A program made the translations under genes and the position numbers. The notes under the pieces are model-generated. The model was not told the DNA's origin. It searched no databases and saw nothing but the letters and a program-made list of their open reading frames with translations. Below are positions 28,495-40,369 of a DNA stretch of 64,000 nucleotides, piece after piece. Each line of letters opens with the position of its first letter. Position 1 is the stretch's first letter. Source of the stretch: Minisyncoccota bacterium (GTDB taxonomy: Bacteria > Patescibacteriota > Minisyncoccia > Phycocordibacterales > Zambryskibacteraceae); NCBI GenBank assembly GCA_020059045.1, contig JAGVCW010000029.1, positions 39,469 to 103,468 on the forward strand, read 5' to 3'.

Positions 28495-31400
28495 ATGAAA
28501 ACTCTATCTACGGGCAAAAGAGAGAAGAAGTATTTCAGTAAGTTTAAGAAGCCGCTAACAGAGATTCCTGATCTTGTGGTATCGCAAGTAGAGTCATTTG
28601 AATGGCTCGTAAAGACGGGACTCAAAGAGATATTCCAAGAGTTTTCGTCAATAAAGGATTTCTCAGAAAAGAAGTTTACACTCGACTTCGTTAACTTCGA
28701 GTTGGCACTTCCAAAACATGACGAGTATTATGCTAAGGAAAACAAACTTTCGTACGAGGCGCCGCTCAAGGTACGGGTACGATTGAAAAATCACATAATG
28801 AAGACAGAAAAGGAGCAGGAAATCTTCATGGCTGATTTCCCACTCATGACTACGCACGGAACATTCATCATATCTGGTATTGAGCGTGTGGTAGTGCCAC
28901 AGCTTGCAAGATCGTTTGGAGTCTTCTTCACAGATCAGCAGATTCGTGGACGACAAGTGTTTGGTGCAAAAGTGATCCCATCGAGAGGTGCTTGGATTGA
29001 AATTGAAACTGATCTTGAGGGAATCATGTATGTTCGTATTGATAAAAAAAGAAAGTTCCCCGTGTCAGTCCTCTTGCGTGCACTTGGTGCAAAGACAGAT
29101 GAGGATATGTATAAACTGTTTGAGAAGAACGCGTTTGCAAAAACTCACCTCGAGAAAACTCTTGCAAAAGATCATGCGAAAACTGAAGGGGCAGCATTTA
29201 TAGAAATACACAAGCGTTTGCGTGATGGGGACCTCGCTACTGAAGAGAACGCAAAGGAATTCTTCGGCTCAATATTTGGAACTGAAAGATATGATCTATC
29301 TAAAGTAGGGCGATTTAGATTTAATAATCGATTCGGCAAGTCAATGAGTGATAAGGAAATGGATCGCCGTACGATAACACTTGATGACATGGTAACTATT
29401 GTGGAGCATGTAATAAATCTCAACAATACTCCCGGATCTCTACCAGATGACATTGACCACTTGGGAAGTAGAAGAGTGCGATACGTGGGTGAAATGTTCC
29501 AATCAAAGATAAGAGTTGGAATGTCTCAAATAAAGAGAAATATTCAGAACCGAATGTCTACTGTAGACACGGATGTAACTTTGCCAGTGCAATTCATATC
29601 ACCAAAACCATTACAGGCAAGAATTAAGGAATTTTTCACAACAAACCAGCTGTCTCAGTTCATGCAACAGGAAAATGCTCTCTCTGAGATCGAGCATCTT
29701 CGTACGCTTTCTGCACTTGGTCCTGGAGGACTGTCACGAGCACGTGCAGGATTTGAAGTGCGTGACGTGCATCCATCTCACTACGGAAGACTTTGTCCGA
29801 TTCAGACACCAGAAGGCCCAAACATCGGTCTTATTTTGCGTCTTGCAACTTACGCTCGTATCAATGATTTCGGAATGATCGAAACTCCATATGCCAAGGT
29901 AAAAAATGGAAAATTAACTGGCGAAATAGAATATTTAAATGCGCTTGAAGAAGAGAAGTGGAATATTGCACACGCGGCAACTCCATATAATGAGGACGGA
30001 AGTATAACTGTAGCTCTTGCGGAAGTGCGAAGTCACGGAGAACCAATATCTGTACCCAAAGGAAAGGTGGATTATATGGACGTTGCAACGAACCAAGCAT
30101 TTTCTATTGTGACATCCATGATTCCATTCTTAAACCACGATGATGCCAACAGAGCACTGATGGGATCAAACATGCAAAAGCAAGCAACCCCATGCATTAT
30201 TCCCGAAGCTCCACTTGTGGCTACTGGTATTGAAGGAGTAGCTGTCAGAGATACTGGACGCCTAATAGTTGCCGAGGAAGCTGGAACGATCACACACCTA
30301 GATGGAAAGAAAATTGTTGTAAAGAATGAAAAGGGCAAGGAAAAGGAATATAGATTAATTAATTTCTCTCGAACGAACGGATTCACTGTATTTCATCAGA
30401 GACCAAGTGTAACTATCGATGACAAAGTGAAAAAGGGCCAGATTCTTGCAGATACTTCTACTTCTGAACATGGAGAAATGGCACTCGGACAAAATATTCG
30501 TGTGGCTTTCATGTCATGGTCTGGTGCAAACTACGAAGACGCGATCATTGTATCTGAGAGACTTGTAAAAGAAAGCAAGTTTACATCTATCCACATGGAG
30601 GAGTTCGTTGTGAACGTTCGTGATACAAAACTTGGACCGGAGGTTACAACTTGTGATATCCCTAATGTTGGCGAAACTAAACTCAGAAATCTTGCGGAAG
30701 ACGGTATTATCCGCGTAGGAGCAGAGGTAAGATCAGGAGATATATTGGTGGGCAAAATTACACCAAAAGGTGAGACACAGCTTACACCTGAGGAAAGACT
30801 TCTTCGATCGCTATTTGGTGAGAAAGCTCGTGACGTGAAAGATACTTCTAAGAGAATGGAGGGTGGAAAGCGTGGAAGAATTGTTTCTGTCCAAGTATTT
30901 TCTCGAGAAAAGGGAGACAAACTAGAAAGTGGAATTATAAAAAGAATTCATATAGAAGTTGCTCAGCTTCGAACAGTATCTGTCGGAGACAAGCTCGCCG
31001 GCCGCCATGGAAATAAAGGTGTTATATCCAGAATTCTTCCAGAAGAGGACATGCCTTATACAGCTGACGGTACTCCAATAGACATTATTCTTACACCACT
31101 TGGTGTTCCAAGTCGTATGAACCTTGGACAGATTCTTGAGATGCACCTCGGACTTGCTGCACACACACTTAATTACCAAGCAATCGTACCTCCGTTTATG
31201 GGAGCGACTGACACTGAGATCAAAGAAGAGCTTGTGAAAGCAGGTTTCCCATCTGACGGCAAAGTGGCACTCTTCGACGGACGCACAGGAGAATCATTCG
31301 ACCAAAAGATTGCTATTGGATATATGTACATATTGAAACTTCACCACATGGTAGAAGACAAGATCCATATGCGTTCTATTGGTCCATACTCTCTTATTAC

Positions 31401-31695
31401 CCAGCAGCCACTCGGAGGAAAGGCACAAGGAGGAGGACAGCGTTTCGGAGAAATGGAAGTCTGGGCACTGCTTGGTCATGGCGTGGCACACACACTTCGC
31501 GAAATGCTTACTATTAAATCAGATGACATACTTGGAAGATCTGCGGCGTTTGACGCAATTGTGAAGGGAGAAAAAATAACAGAACTAAACGCACCAGCAT
31601 CATTCGGAGTGCTTCTAAACAATCTACGGGGGCTAGCGCTTGATGTGGAACTTCAGGAAAACAAGGTTGAAGAGGATCAAAAAGAAGAAGCTTAA
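28495..31695 (+). CDS. rpoB: DNA-directed RNA polymerase beta subunit
   Basis: Full-length RpoB with conserved blocks. The ORF is open from 28471. Confidence 0.95.
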   Translation: MKTLSTGKREKKYFSKFKKPLTEIPDLVVSQVESFEWLVKTGLKEIFQEFSSIKDFSEKKFTLDFVNFELALPKHDEYYAKENKLSYEAPLKVRVRLKNHIMKTEKEQEIFMADFPLMTTHGTFIISGIERVVVPQLARSFGVFFTDQQIRGRQVFGAKVIPSRGAWIEIETDLEGIMYVRIDKKRKFPVSVLLRALGAKTDEDMYKLFEKNAFAKTHLEKTLAKDHAKTEGAAFIEIHKRLRDGDLATEENAKEFFGSIFGTERYDLSKVGRFRFNNRFGKSMSDKEMDRRTITLDDMVTIVEHVINLNNTPGSLPDDIDHLGSRRVRYVGEMFQSKIRVGMSQIKRNIQNRMSTVDTDVTLPVQFISPKPLQARIKEFFTTNQLSQFMQQENALSEIEHLRTLSALGPGGLSRARAGFEVRDVHPSHYGRLCPIQTPEGPNIGLILRLATYARINDFGMIETPYAKVKNGKLTGEIEYLNALEEEKWNIAHAATPYNEDGSITVALAEVRSHGEPISVPKGKVDYMDVATNQAFSIVTSMIPFLNHDDANRALMGSNMQKQATPCIIPEAPLVATGIEGVAVRDTGRLIVAEEAGTITHLDGKKIVVKNEKGKEKEYRLINFSRTNGFTVFHQRPSVTIDDKVKKGQILADTSTSEHGEMALGQNIRVAFMSWSGANYEDAIIVSERLVKESKFTSIHMEEFVVNVRDTKLGPEVTTCDIPNVGETKLRNLAEDGIIRVGAEVRSGDILVGKITPKGETQLTPEERLLRSLFGEKARDVKDTSKRMEGGKRGRIVSVQVFSREKGDKLESGIIKRIHIEVAQLRTVSVGDKLAGRHGNKGVISRILPEEDMPYTADGTPIDIILTPLGVPSRMNLGQILEMHLGLAAHTLNYQAIVPPFMGATDTEIKEELVKAGFPSDGKVALFDGRTGESFDQKIAIGYMYILKLHHMVEDKIHMRSIGPYSLITQQPLGGKAQGGGQRFGEMEVWALLGHGVAHTLREMLTIKSDDILGRSAAFDAIVKGEKITELNAPASFGVLLNNLRGLALDVELQENKVEEDQKEEA

Positions 31696-31712
31696 AAATT
31701 AATAATACTTCT

Positions 31713-34700
31713 ATGAACACAAAGAACCCAAGTCAAAATTTCGACAAAATTCTTCTTCGCATGGCCTCTCCTGAGAAAATTAAGGAATGGTCATTTGGTG
31801 AGGTAACAAAGCCAGAGACTATTAACTACAGAACACAGAGAAGTGAGAGAAATGGTTTGTTTGATGAAAAGATATTTGGCCCAGATCGAGATTATGAGTG
31901 TTACTGTGGAAAATATCGCGGTATTCGCTACAAGGGAATTGTCTGTGAGAAATGTGGTGTTGAAATAACACGCTCTATTGTTCGACGTGAAAGAATGGGC
32001 CATATTGAACTTGCGACACCTGTTTCACATATATGGTACTTGAAGAGTATGCCATCAAGACTTTCTCTTATTATGGGAATAACCGCGACTGAACTTGAGA
32101 AGGTGATCTATTTCGCAGGGTACATTGTGACCAAAGTATCTGAAAATGAGAAGCAAAGACTCTTGAAGGATCTAGATTCTGAATATAAGTCTAAAGTAAA
32201 AGTTCTAAAGGATGAGAAGTCGAAGGAGGCACTCAAGGAAATGCTTCTGAACACAAAGAAGGAGATTGAAGGAATTATAGAAGGAAAGGTACTTGATGAG
32301 GTGGAATATCACAACCACTCAATGAAGTACTCAACTTTGTTTGAGGCGGGGATTGGTGCTGAAGCAATTTACAATATTTTGAAAGGACTTGATCTTCAGA
32401 AACTACTTGTAAAGCTTGAAGAAAGTGCAGAGAAAGCAAGTGCAGTTGAAGCTCCAAAAGTAAACAAGAGACTCGGGCTTGTGAGACAGCTTATTGCTGG
32501 AGGATCAAGACCTGAGTGGATGTTTCTATCACGAATTCCTGTGATACCACCAGCACTTCGACCGATGGTGCCGCTTGATGGTGGAAGATATGCGACATCT
32601 GATGTGAATGACTTATATCGTCGAGTGATAAACAGAAATAACCGTTTGAAGAAATTGAAAGAGATTCATGCACCAGACGTTATCTTGCGAAACGAAAAAA
32701 GAATTCTACAAGAGGCAGTGGACGCGCTGATCGATAACTCGATTCGACATGGTAATGCGATTTCTGCTGGTGTAAATCAGGCACAGCGCAGACCACTTAA
32801 GTCACTCGCAGACAATCTAAAAGGAAAAAGAGGACTGTTTAGACAAAACCTTCTTGGAAAGCGTGTGGACTACTCTGGACGATCGGTTATTGTGGTTGGC
32901 CCTGAACTTAAGATGCATGAGTGTGGTCTACCAAAACATATGGTTCTTGAATTATTTAAACCTTTTGTAATTTCCGGGCTTCTCAGAAAGGAACTTGCAT
33001 ATAACATTCGTGGAGCGTCCCGACTTATTGAAGATAGTATCCCAGAGGTTTGGGCGATACTTGAAGAAGTGATCGCAGATAAATATGTGCTTCTAAACCG
33101 TGCGCCAACTCTGCACCGCCTAGGAATACAGGCTTTCAAACCTGTGCTTATTGAAGGTGATGCCATTCGAGTGCATCCACTAGTGTGTACCGCGTTCAAC
33201 GCTGACTTCGACGGTGACCAAATGGCAGTGCACGTCCCACTTTCTGATGAGGCGCAAATGGAAGCACGAGTGATAATGGCATCTGATAAAAATATTTTAA
33301 AGCCAGGAAATGGTGAACCCACAGTTGTTGCTAAAATGCTTGACATAGTGCTCGGCTGTTATTGGATGACCAAAACTGTTATTGGTGAAAAAGGTGAGGG
33401 CCAAATATTTGCAACCCCAAATAGAGCAATAACAGCATATGACTTCGGAGAAGTGGGATTCCGAGCGGCTATCAAAGTGCTCGGAACAGACAATTCAAAA
33501 TATGTAGGTTATGACAACCAGCTTTTCGAAACAACAATCGGAAGACTCCTCTTCAACAGTGTTCTTCCTTCGGACTACCCGTTTGTAAACCAGGAAGTAG
33601 ACAGAAAGAAGATGGCGGCGATTGTCGATGATCTTATTGAGAAATACGGCGTGGATAATGTTCCTCCGATTCTCGACAAAATAAAAGAATTCGGTTTCAA
33701 ATATACAACACACTCAGGTATCACGTGGGGTATTGATGACGTTAAGATCCCAGAAGGAAAAGCAGAAGTAATCAATAGGGCAAAGGTAAAGGCGGATGAA
33801 GTGTACGACCAATTTAACGCTGGGCTTCTTTCAGAAGAGGAGAGATTAAGAAAACATACCTCAATCTGGCACGAAGCTAAGGGTGAAGTGGAAAAACTTG
33901 TTCCGCAGTCTCTTGATAAAAATGGTCCTGTGTACGATATGCTTCACTCAGGTGCGAGAGGCTCAGTATCGCAGCTTACACAAATGGCGGGTATGAAAGG
34001 TCTTATTACAAATACTGCCGGTGAGACTATTGAGTTTCCTATTCTTTCTTGTTCTAAGGAAGGTCTTTCTCCTCTCGAATACTTCATCACTACCCACGGC
34101 TCACGTAAGGGTCTAACAGATACCGCTCTTAACACTGCAAAAGCAGGATATCTCACACGAAAACTATTCGATGTTGGTCAAGATGTGACTGTTAACGAAG
34201 AGGATTGTGGAACAAAGGAATTTATAAAAATCAGAGCAGTAAACGCTGCGGGTCTTGACTCATCTCTTGCAAAAGGAGTTCGTGGAAGATTCCTTGCTGA
34301 GGATATTGTAGACAAAAGTGGCACAGTACTATTTAAGAAGGGTCACTATGTGTCGAAGCGAGAGTCTCAAGCAATAGAGGCAGAGGGTATTGCAGAAGTT
34401 TCTGTGCGATCACCGCTTGTATGTAAGACACCTCATGGTGTATGTGTGAAGTGTTATGGAGCTGACTTAGGTAAACACAAGATTACTGACATTGGGGAAG
34501 CGGTGGGAACAATTGCAGCACAAGCAATCGGTGAACCTGGAACACAACTTACAATGAGAACATTCCATGCTGGAGGTACTGCATCAGTCGGTGGTGACAT
34601 CACACAAGGTCTTCCACGTGTGGAAGAAGTGTTTGAAAACAGAACCCCGAAAAATCCTGCAGTTGTATCACATGTAGACGGAACAGTAACAGCTGTTGAG

Positions 34701-35348
34701 AAAAATGGTGTTGATAGAGTGATTGTAATCTTGCCAGATGAGAGCTCAAAGACTAAGGATAAAATTGAGTATCCAGTAAATGCGGCAAGAATGGTACTTG
34801 TAAAACAAGGAGATAAGGTAAAAAAGGGTGAGCTACTGACTGATGGATCGGCTGATATTGATGAACTCTTCAAGTATGGAGGTCGCGAAGTCGCTCAGAA
34901 TTACATTATTACTGAAATATCAAAGCCTTATGAGCTGCAAGGTGAGACCGTGTCTAGAAAGCACATTGAGATCATTGTGAAACAAATGTTTTCCCGACGA
35001 AAGGTCAAAGATGCTGGCGGGACGAATCTTACTCGTGGAGAAGTGGCTGACGAGGTGTATCTTGCAGAAGTAAACGCTATAGCAAATGCACGTGGCCTAG
35101 GAGATGCAAAAACAGAGTCGGTACTCATGGGTATAACAGAAGTGTCACTCTCAAGAAAGAGCTTCCTTTCTGCGGCATCGTTCCAGCACACAACTCGTGT
35201 TCTCATAGCTGGGGCAATACGTGGCACTGAGGACAAGCTTGTGGGTCTCAAAGAAAATGTGATTATTGGAAGACTTATTCCTGCCGGTACTGGATTCCCT
35301 GGAAGTCCAAAGAACTTGATGATTGAAAGGATGAATGATCCAAAATAA
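31713..35348 (+). CDS. rpoC: DNA-directed RNA polymerase beta' subunit
   Basis: Zinc-binding CYCGKYRGIRYKGIVCEKCGVEI and NADFDGD catalytic motifs. Confidence 0.95.
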   Translation: MNTKNPSQNFDKILLRMASPEKIKEWSFGEVTKPETINYRTQRSERNGLFDEKIFGPDRDYECYCGKYRGIRYKGIVCEKCGVEITRSIVRRERMGHIELATPVSHIWYLKSMPSRLSLIMGITATELEKVIYFAGYIVTKVSENEKQRLLKDLDSEYKSKVKVLKDEKSKEALKEMLLNTKKEIEGIIEGKVLDEVEYHNHSMKYSTLFEAGIGAEAIYNILKGLDLQKLLVKLEESAEKASAVEAPKVNKRLGLVRQLIAGGSRPEWMFLSRIPVIPPALRPMVPLDGGRYATSDVNDLYRRVINRNNRLKKLKEIHAPDVILRNEKRILQEAVDALIDNSIRHGNAISAGVNQAQRRPLKSLADNLKGKRGLFRQNLLGKRVDYSGRSVIVVGPELKMHECGLPKHMVLELFKPFVISGLLRKELAYNIRGASRLIEDSIPEVWAILEEVIADKYVLLNRAPTLHRLGIQAFKPVLIEGDAIRVHPLVCTAFNADFDGDQMAVHVPLSDEAQMEARVIMASDKNILKPGNGEPTVVAKMLDIVLGCYWMTKTVIGEKGEGQIFATPNRAITAYDFGEVGFRAAIKVLGTDNSKYVGYDNQLFETTIGRLLFNSVLPSDYPFVNQEVDRKKMAAIVDDLIEKYGVDNVPPILDKIKEFGFKYTTHSGITWGIDDVKIPEGKAEVINRAKVKADEVYDQFNAGLLSEEERLRKHTSIWHEAKGEVEKLVPQSLDKNGPVYDMLHSGARGSVSQLTQMAGMKGLITNTAGETIEFPILSCSKEGLSPLEYFITTHGSRKGLTDTALNTAKAGYLTRKLFDVGQDVTVNEEDCGTKEFIKIRAVNAAGLDSSLAKGVRGRFLAEDIVDKSGTVLFKKGHYVSKRESQAIEAEGIAEVSVRSPLVCKTPHGVCVKCYGADLGKHKITDIGEAVGTIAAQAIGEPGTQLTMRTFHAGGTASVGGDITQGLPRVEEVFENRTPKNPAVVSHVDGTVTAVEKNGVDRVIVILPDESSKTKDKIEYPVNAARMVLVKQGDKVKKGELLTDGSADIDELFKYGGREVAQNYIITEISKPYELQGETVSRKHIEIIVKQMFSRRKVKDAGGTNLTRGEVADEVYLAEVNAIANARGLGDAKTESVLMGITEVSLSRKSFLSAASFQHTTRVLIAGAIRGTEDKLVGLKENVIIGRLIPAGTGFPGSPKNLMIERMNDPK

Positions 35349-35376
35349 TCCGGTCCTGACATTGTTTATCTCTAAA

Positions 35377-37107
35377 ATGATGTCGACATCAGTAGAAAAA
35401 ATAAAAGAAAAACTCGATGTGGTAGATGTAATAGGGTCGTATCTCAAACTTGAGAAAGCCGGCTCTAGCTTGAAAGCAAAGTGTCCGTTCCACAACGAGA
35501 AAACACCATCATTCTTTGTTTCACCGACAAGGGGAACATACTATTGCTTTGGGTGTGGGGCAAAAGGAGATATATTCACTTTCGTACAAGAGCTTGAGGG
35601 ACTTGATTTCGTCGGGGCTCTCAAAATGCTTGCAGAAAAAGCTGGGGTGGAGCTTGAAAAAGTAAATCCCAAAGAAAGAAGTGAAAAGGATCGCTTGCTT
35701 GAGGTGCTCGAGCTTTCGACAAGATTCTTCGAAAAGAATTTGGCAGAACATGATGCGGCTTCTAGGTATCTCCTAGGCAGAGGGCTAACACTTGAGACTA
35801 TAAAAAGCTGGAGGATTGGCTTTGCACTTCCAGAATGGAGGGAACTGCACAACTACCTGAAGAATCTGAAGGTAACAGACCAAGAGATGGAAAAAGCGGG
35901 TTTGATAAAGCAGAGTGATAAAACAAAAGGGGAGTACTATGATGTTTTCCGGGGTAGAATAATTTTCCCAATCTTTGATTCTGCGGGTCGTATCATTGCC
36001 TACAGTGGACGAATCCTCGTTGAAACAAATGAGGCTCCAAAATACTTGAATAGTCCGGAAACGACACTTTTCAGCAAATCAGAAACACTCTATGGGCTTG
36101 ATAGAGCAAAAGTTCCAATACGAAAAAAAGATTATTCAATCCTTGTCGAAGGTCAGGTGGACTTACTAATGTGTCATCAACACGGATTCGACATGGCTGT
36201 GGCGACATCTGGAACTGCGTTTACCGATGCACACCTTCTTAAACTTAAAAGACTTTCAAACAGACTGCTTGCTGTGTTTGATTCTGATAAAGCTGGATTT
36301 GTGGCGGCGACAAAGAGTGCAACACTTGCACTTCGTCTGGGTATGGAGGTGAAGCTTGCGGCTCTGCCTAAGGGAAGTGACCCAGCGGATATGATATATA
36401 AAGATATAAACGGATGGAAGGAGTCTCTAAAAAACTCAAAACACTTAATTGATTTCTATCTTGATGATTTGATGTCTATGAATCTGCCGGCACGAAAAAT
36501 GGGTAAGGAAGTGGAGAAAAAAATACTTCCATATATTGCAATGCTTGGAAGCTCTATTGAGCAATCACACTTTGTCTCACAAGTAGCAAAGAGAACTGGA
36601 ATCAGAGAAGAAGCTATATGGAAGGATCTAAGAAACGTGCCACGAGGAGCGATAGTAAGCGAGGCAGTAGAGGAAAGAAAAATGGTTGAAAAGGAAGTGA
36701 TGAAAAGGAGGAATTATATAGAGAAAAGACTTTTTGGAATTATCTTTTGGCAGGAAAAGGAAAAAACCCAGATCACAAAGCCAGGTGATATAAGAAAATC
36801 ACTCTTGGATCTATGCGGTAAGGAATATTTCGAAAAAACTCTTGCGGAGTATGAGGGGCAGAAGGATGAACTAATTTTTGAAGTGGAATCGTATTATGAA
36901 GGCGCCGATGAAATGGCGCTTGAAATTCCCGAAATGCTTGGGAATCTAGAAGAAGATATATTGCGGGAGAAGTTTGTAAACCAGATGGCCGCACTTGAGC
37001 AGGCCGAACGCAATAAGGATAGCAGTGAGTCGAGACGCCTTTTAGAAGAATGCCAGGAGATTACTAAGCGTCTTGCAGAGCTTTCAAAATTAAAAATTAG
37101 GAGTTAA
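35377..37107 (+). CDS. dnaG: DNA primase
   Basis: Zinc-ribbon [11 protein letters not shown]…CFGCG and a Toprim domain. The ORF is open from 35335, overlapping the rpoC end. Confidence 0.85.
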   Translation: MMSTSVEKIKEKLDVVDVIGSYLKLEKAGSSLKAKCPFHNEKTPSFFVSPTRGTYYCFGCGAKGDIFTFVQELEGLDFVGALKMLAEKAGVELEKVNPKERSEKDRLLEVLELSTRFFEKNLAEHDAASRYLLGRGLTLETIKSWRIGFALPEWRELHNYLKNLKVTDQEMEKAGLIKQSDKTKGEYYDVFRGRIIFPIFDSAGRIIAYSGRILVETNEAPKYLNSPETTLFSKSETLYGLDRAKVPIRKKDYSILVEGQVDLLMCHQHGFDMAVATSGTAFTDAHLLKLKRLSNRLLAVFDSDKAGFVAATKSATLALRLGMEVKLAALPKGSDPADMIYKDINGWKESLKNSKHLIDFYLDDLMSMNLPARKMGKEVEKKILPYIAMLGSSIEQSHFVSQVAKRTGIREEAIWKDLRNVPRGAIVSEAVEERKMVEKEVMKRRNYIEKRLFGIIFWQEKEKTQITKPGDIRKSLLDLCGKEYFEKTLAEYEGQKDELIFEVESYYEGADEMALEIPEMLGNLEEDILREKFVNQMAALEQAERNKDSSESRRLLEECQEITKRLAELSKLKIRS

Positions 37108-37124
37108 CCTTTAATAACATATAT

Positions 37125-38372
37125 ATGCCAAAAAAGAAACTAAAAAAAATTAATAAGAAAGCAAAAAAAGCGCCAAAACGCGCAAAAAAGGTTAATAAAA
37201 AGAAAGCTAAAAAAATCTTTAAAACAAAGAAGAGCAAGAAGCCTATAATATTTGATTCTGCTAAAAAGGAATCTGTGAAGCTCACTAAAAAAGCTCAAGC
37301 GGTGGAAGAGAAGGTGGGGCAACTTATGGCCAAGGGCAAGGATAAGGGATTTGTGACATACGATGAGATTCTTAGACAATTCCCAACTGTTGAAGATGAC
37401 ATCCTCTTTCTTGAGGACTTGTACCTACGGCTAAATACTGCGGGCGTGGATATTCTCGAGGGAGGAGGGTTGCTCGATGTACCACAAGAAGTGGATGAAA
37501 CGGGTAAGAAATACGAATATGGAAAAGGAGATGCTTCATATGACTCCATACAGATGTATCTGAAAGAAATTGGCCAGTACCCACTCATTACTGGAGCAAT
37601 GGAAAAGGATTTGGCAAAGAGAATTGAGGCGGGGGACGAGGAGGCAAAGAACTTGCTTGCTCGCGCTAACCTGCGACTTGTAGTATCTATTGCAAAAAAA
37701 TATGTTGGCAGAAGCCCGGATTTGACACTGCTTGACCTCATACAAGAAGGTAACCTGGGGCTATTCAAAGCCGTAGATAAGTTCGACTGGACAAAGGGAT
37801 ATAAATTCTCGACTTATGCTACTTGGTGGATCAGACAAGCTATTACTCGAGCACTTGCGGATCAGTCACGAACAATACGTGTTCCCGTCCACATGGTGGA
37901 GACTATTGCAAAGTACAAGCAGGTGGTGAGACGCCTTACGCAAGACTTGGGACGAGATCCACTGGCAGAAGAGATTGCAACTGAAATGAACCTTGATGTA
38001 GATAAAATTTATAATATTGAAAAGATTGATCAGTCCACAGTGTCACTTGAAGCACCCGTGGGGGCAGATGAGGCGGATGACGGAAAGAGTAAACTTGGTG
38101 ACTTTCTTGCAGACGACAAAATACTTTCACCAGACCAGGAAACTTCTAGAAGAATCATAGCTGATCAAGTGAAAGAGATTTTAAATGATTTGCCTCCTAA
38201 GGAAAGAAAGATTCTTGAAATGAGACATGGGCTTACGGACGGCTTCACCCATACACTCGAAGAAGTGGGCAAGGTATTCGGAGTTACTCGAGAGCGTATC
38301 AGACAGATTGAGGCAAAGGCACATGAAAAGATTCGTCAGCATGAAAGAATAAATAGGTTGAGGAATTACTAA
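37125..38372 (+). CDS. rpoD: RNA polymerase sigma factor (sigma-70 family, primary)
   Basis: Regions 1.2 to 4 are present, including the [13 protein letters not shown] 2.4 motif. Lys-rich N-terminus. Confidence 0.9.
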   Translation: MPKKKLKKINKKAKKAPKRAKKVNKKKAKKIFKTKKSKKPIIFDSAKKESVKLTKKAQAVEEKVGQLMAKGKDKGFVTYDEILRQFPTVEDDILFLEDLYLRLNTAGVDILEGGGLLDVPQEVDETGKKYEYGKGDASYDSIQMYLKEIGQYPLITGAMEKDLAKRIEAGDEEAKNLLARANLRLVVSIAKKYVGRSPDLTLLDLIQEGNLGLFKAVDKFDWTKGYKFSTYATWWIRQAITRALADQSRTIRVPVHMVETIAKYKQVVRRLTQDLGRDPLAEEIATEMNLDVDKIYNIEKIDQSTVSLEAPVGADEADDGKSKLGDFLADDKILSPDQETSRRIIADQVKEILNDLPPKERKILEMRHGLTDGFTHTLEEVGKVFGVTRERIRQIEAKAHEKIRQHERINRLRNY

Positions 38373-38442
38373 GTAGTAATTAGTAAAAAGTAGATAGTAG
38401 AGAGAGGAAAGAATTAAGAATAGCGATTCTGCGCAAATTATA

Positions 38443-38469
38443 ATAAAAAAACTCTGCGGTTAGGCAGAG
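38443..38469 (-). terminator. Rho-independent terminator (minus strand)
   Basis: CTCTGC-GGTTAG-GCAGAG hairpin preceded by an A-run on the plus strand. Lies just 3' of the gene at 38473. Confidence 0.6.
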
Positions 38470-38472
38470 CGG

Positions 38473-38940
38473 CTAATTTCGTGTAAGTAGTAGCTTTAGA
38501 GTTTTCCTATAGAATATGAGGATAAGTGTCGCAAAAGCGGCGGCACCCGAAATAGTTACAAGAAATAGAAAAATAGGACGTATTTGGGGGAGGCGTGGCG
38601 ACTGCATTAAGACAAAGAAGATAGCAGTGCGGCCAAGATGCCCGATGAAGATATGTACAAGTGAATTGAATTCTAAGGGCTTGGTACTAGAGCTTGCTTG
38701 CCGCGCATTACTACCATAGTGTTTCAACCTGTTTGCTAATTGCATTGTTAACCACGTAAAGAATACTATGGATATGCTTGCAATTAATACAACGGTAATA
38801 TCATGTAATGACTTCTCAATAGAGAATCCAGTCTCCTTGAGAATGAATACCGCACTAACTAGAGAATACGCAACCCCGATTGCAATAGAAATTTTCAACC
38901 CCTTTTTCATTTCAGCAAGGCCGGTATTCGATTTAAACAT
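38473..38940 (-). CDS. Hypothetical multi-pass membrane protein
   Basis: About 4 TM helices. Start chosen at an internal Met of ORF 38473..39111. Confidence 0.4.
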   Translation of the reverse strand: MFKSNTGLAEMKKGLKISIAIGVAYSLVSAVFILKETGFSIEKSLHDITVVLIASISIVFFTWLTMQLANRLKHYGSNARQASSSTKPLEFNSLVHIFIGHLGRTAIFFVLMQSPRLPQIRPIFLFLVTISGAAAFATLILIFYRKTLKLLLTRN

Positions 38941-39321
38941 ATGCCCTCGAAGTGAAGGTTTCAGTTCTAGTCCAATTCTAGCCTGAATAGATATTAATGA
39001 ATAGTAGTGATATAAGCTGAAGTTTGTGTAATATCTCCCGGGGTAAATAGTATGACGGTGGGTATTGTAATAAGAAGTACAAGACAGGTTTTCTTGAACA
39101 CTTTTTTCCAAACGCTATAAAAACTTTTATGCGATGGCATGTATGCCTCCAAGGTGTTAAAGGACAGTGTTCTTCATAAAGTATACTCTCATCTTGCAAA
39201 AGTCAAAGATACTGTAAGTTTGTGAATTTAAAAAATTTATAAAAAAACACCACCGTCGTTGTGACCAGTGGTTATAACTTCTGAAAACCTTGGGGTTACT
39301 GTGGTATGTTTTGTAGCATCT

Positions 39322-39558
39322 TTACCAGGAATGTATTGTTCCTAGTACCAAACCCACGAGAGACAACGCTAGAAAGGCGAGCGGTCGTACGGGTTGTACC
39401 AACGTAGCACCGACTGAATACCCAATGATGTAGGAAGCAAGCCCGGCATACATTCCCACGCTAGAAGGAAATGTGTAACTCCAAATGATTCCCGGTACCA
39501 GCCCGATAACAAGCGGCAAAACAATGTCGTGAGTCACTCGAATTTTCCGTGTAGTCAT
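39322..39558 (-). CDS. Small two-TM membrane protein, cassette copy A
   Basis: 78 aa, two hydrophobic helices. Has its own TTGACT/TATATT promoter and a near-identical hairpin terminator (39241-39272). Confidence 0.5.
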   Translation of the reverse strand: MTTRKIRVTHDIVLPLVIGLVPGIIWSYTFPSSVGMYAGLASYIIGYSVGATLVQPVRPLAFLALSLVGLVLGTIHSW

Positions 39559-39696
39559 TGGATCCTCGTGGTTGGATGTCGGTTGCTCTGTGTATAATAT
39601 ATCATAGCAAATTATATAAGTCAAATAAAAATTTAAACAAAAAAACACCACCGTCGTTGTGACCGGTGGTTGTGTGGATATCGAGTGCATTTCACT

Positions 39697-39963
39697 TCAT
39701 CCGACTGATGTTGCTTTCAAGGTTACTCCGAGAATCCAGCCCAAGATTGTTCCAACTGCAAGCATGAGGTAGAACAGGACGAGGGCGAGATTTACCGTCA
39801 GCTCCTTGATGACAATAATTGTGAGCATGATGAGAGGCACAAGGTAGACGAACATTATTGGGTCTTTCCAGGTAACGAAACTGAGCCCACCCCACAGTAT
39901 CCCAAGTAAGAGGGGAATCATGATGTTCTGAGTCCCAGCATGAAGTCTTTCGTCGTCAAGCAT
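39697..39963 (-). CDS. Small two-TM membrane protein, cassette copy B
   Basis: 88 aa. C-terminus …LGVTLKATSVG resembles copy C. The longer ORF 39697..40248 reads through the repeated terminator and is rejected. Confidence 0.5.
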   Translation of the reverse strand: MLDDERLHAGTQNIMIPLLLGILWGGLSFVTWKDPIMFVYLVPLIMLTIIVIKELTVNLALVLFYLMLAVGTILGWILGVTLKATSVG

Positions 39964-40108
39964 GGCAGTCCTCGGTGTGTGTAAGGGTATACAGTATAGA
40001 TCTACAAATATTATAGCAGAGTCAAATACATAAGTCAAATAAAAATTTATATAAAAAAACACCACCGTCGTTGTGACCGGTGGTGGAAATGTATCTGCGC
40101 CCCTCAGC

Positions 40109-40369
40109 TTATCCAACTGGTATGCCTTTGAGGGCAACTCCGAGAACCATCCCCCCAAACGACCCCAGGGCAAGCATGAGAAGGAACAGTTTGATTCGTG
40201 TCCTCCTGTTGAGGACAGGAAGGACCATTGCCATGAGGGTGAATGCAACTCCAGCGAAGAACCTCAGTGGGCTGTCCAGTGTCAGAACGAAGATCACCCC
40301 CGATACAATACCTCCTGCGAGAGGAACGGTGATGTTCTGCGTCATTGAAAGGAGTTTCTCGTTGCTCAT
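40109..40369 (-). CDS. Small two-TM membrane protein, cassette copy C
   Basis: 86 aa. C-terminus …LGVALKGIPVG. Own promoter (TTGACT, 17 nt, TATACT). Confidence 0.5.
   Translation of the reverse strand: MSNEKLLSMTQNITVPLAGGIVSGVIFVLTLDSPLRFFAGVAFTLMAMVLPVLNRRTRIKLFLLMLALGSFGGMVLGVALKGIPVG

Larger units (their letters stand above)
39241..40086. repeat. Tandem cassette repeat about 400 bp x3, each ending in the terminator AAAAAAACACCACCGTCGTTGTGACCGGTGGT
   Basis: Near-identical 32-bp hairpin/T-run elements at 39241-39272, 39638-39670 and 40053-40086. A shared ATAAGTCAAATAAAAATTT promoter-region block sits upstream of copies A and B. Confidence 0.75.

Noticed and set aside
34454-35495. Antisense ORFs inside rpoC/dnaG (34454..34873, 34928..35362, 35151..35495)
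   Set aside because: Nested antisense frames in highly conserved genes.
37295-37768. 157-aa antisense ORF inside rpoD
   Set aside because: Nested antisense; Ser-rich low-complexity.
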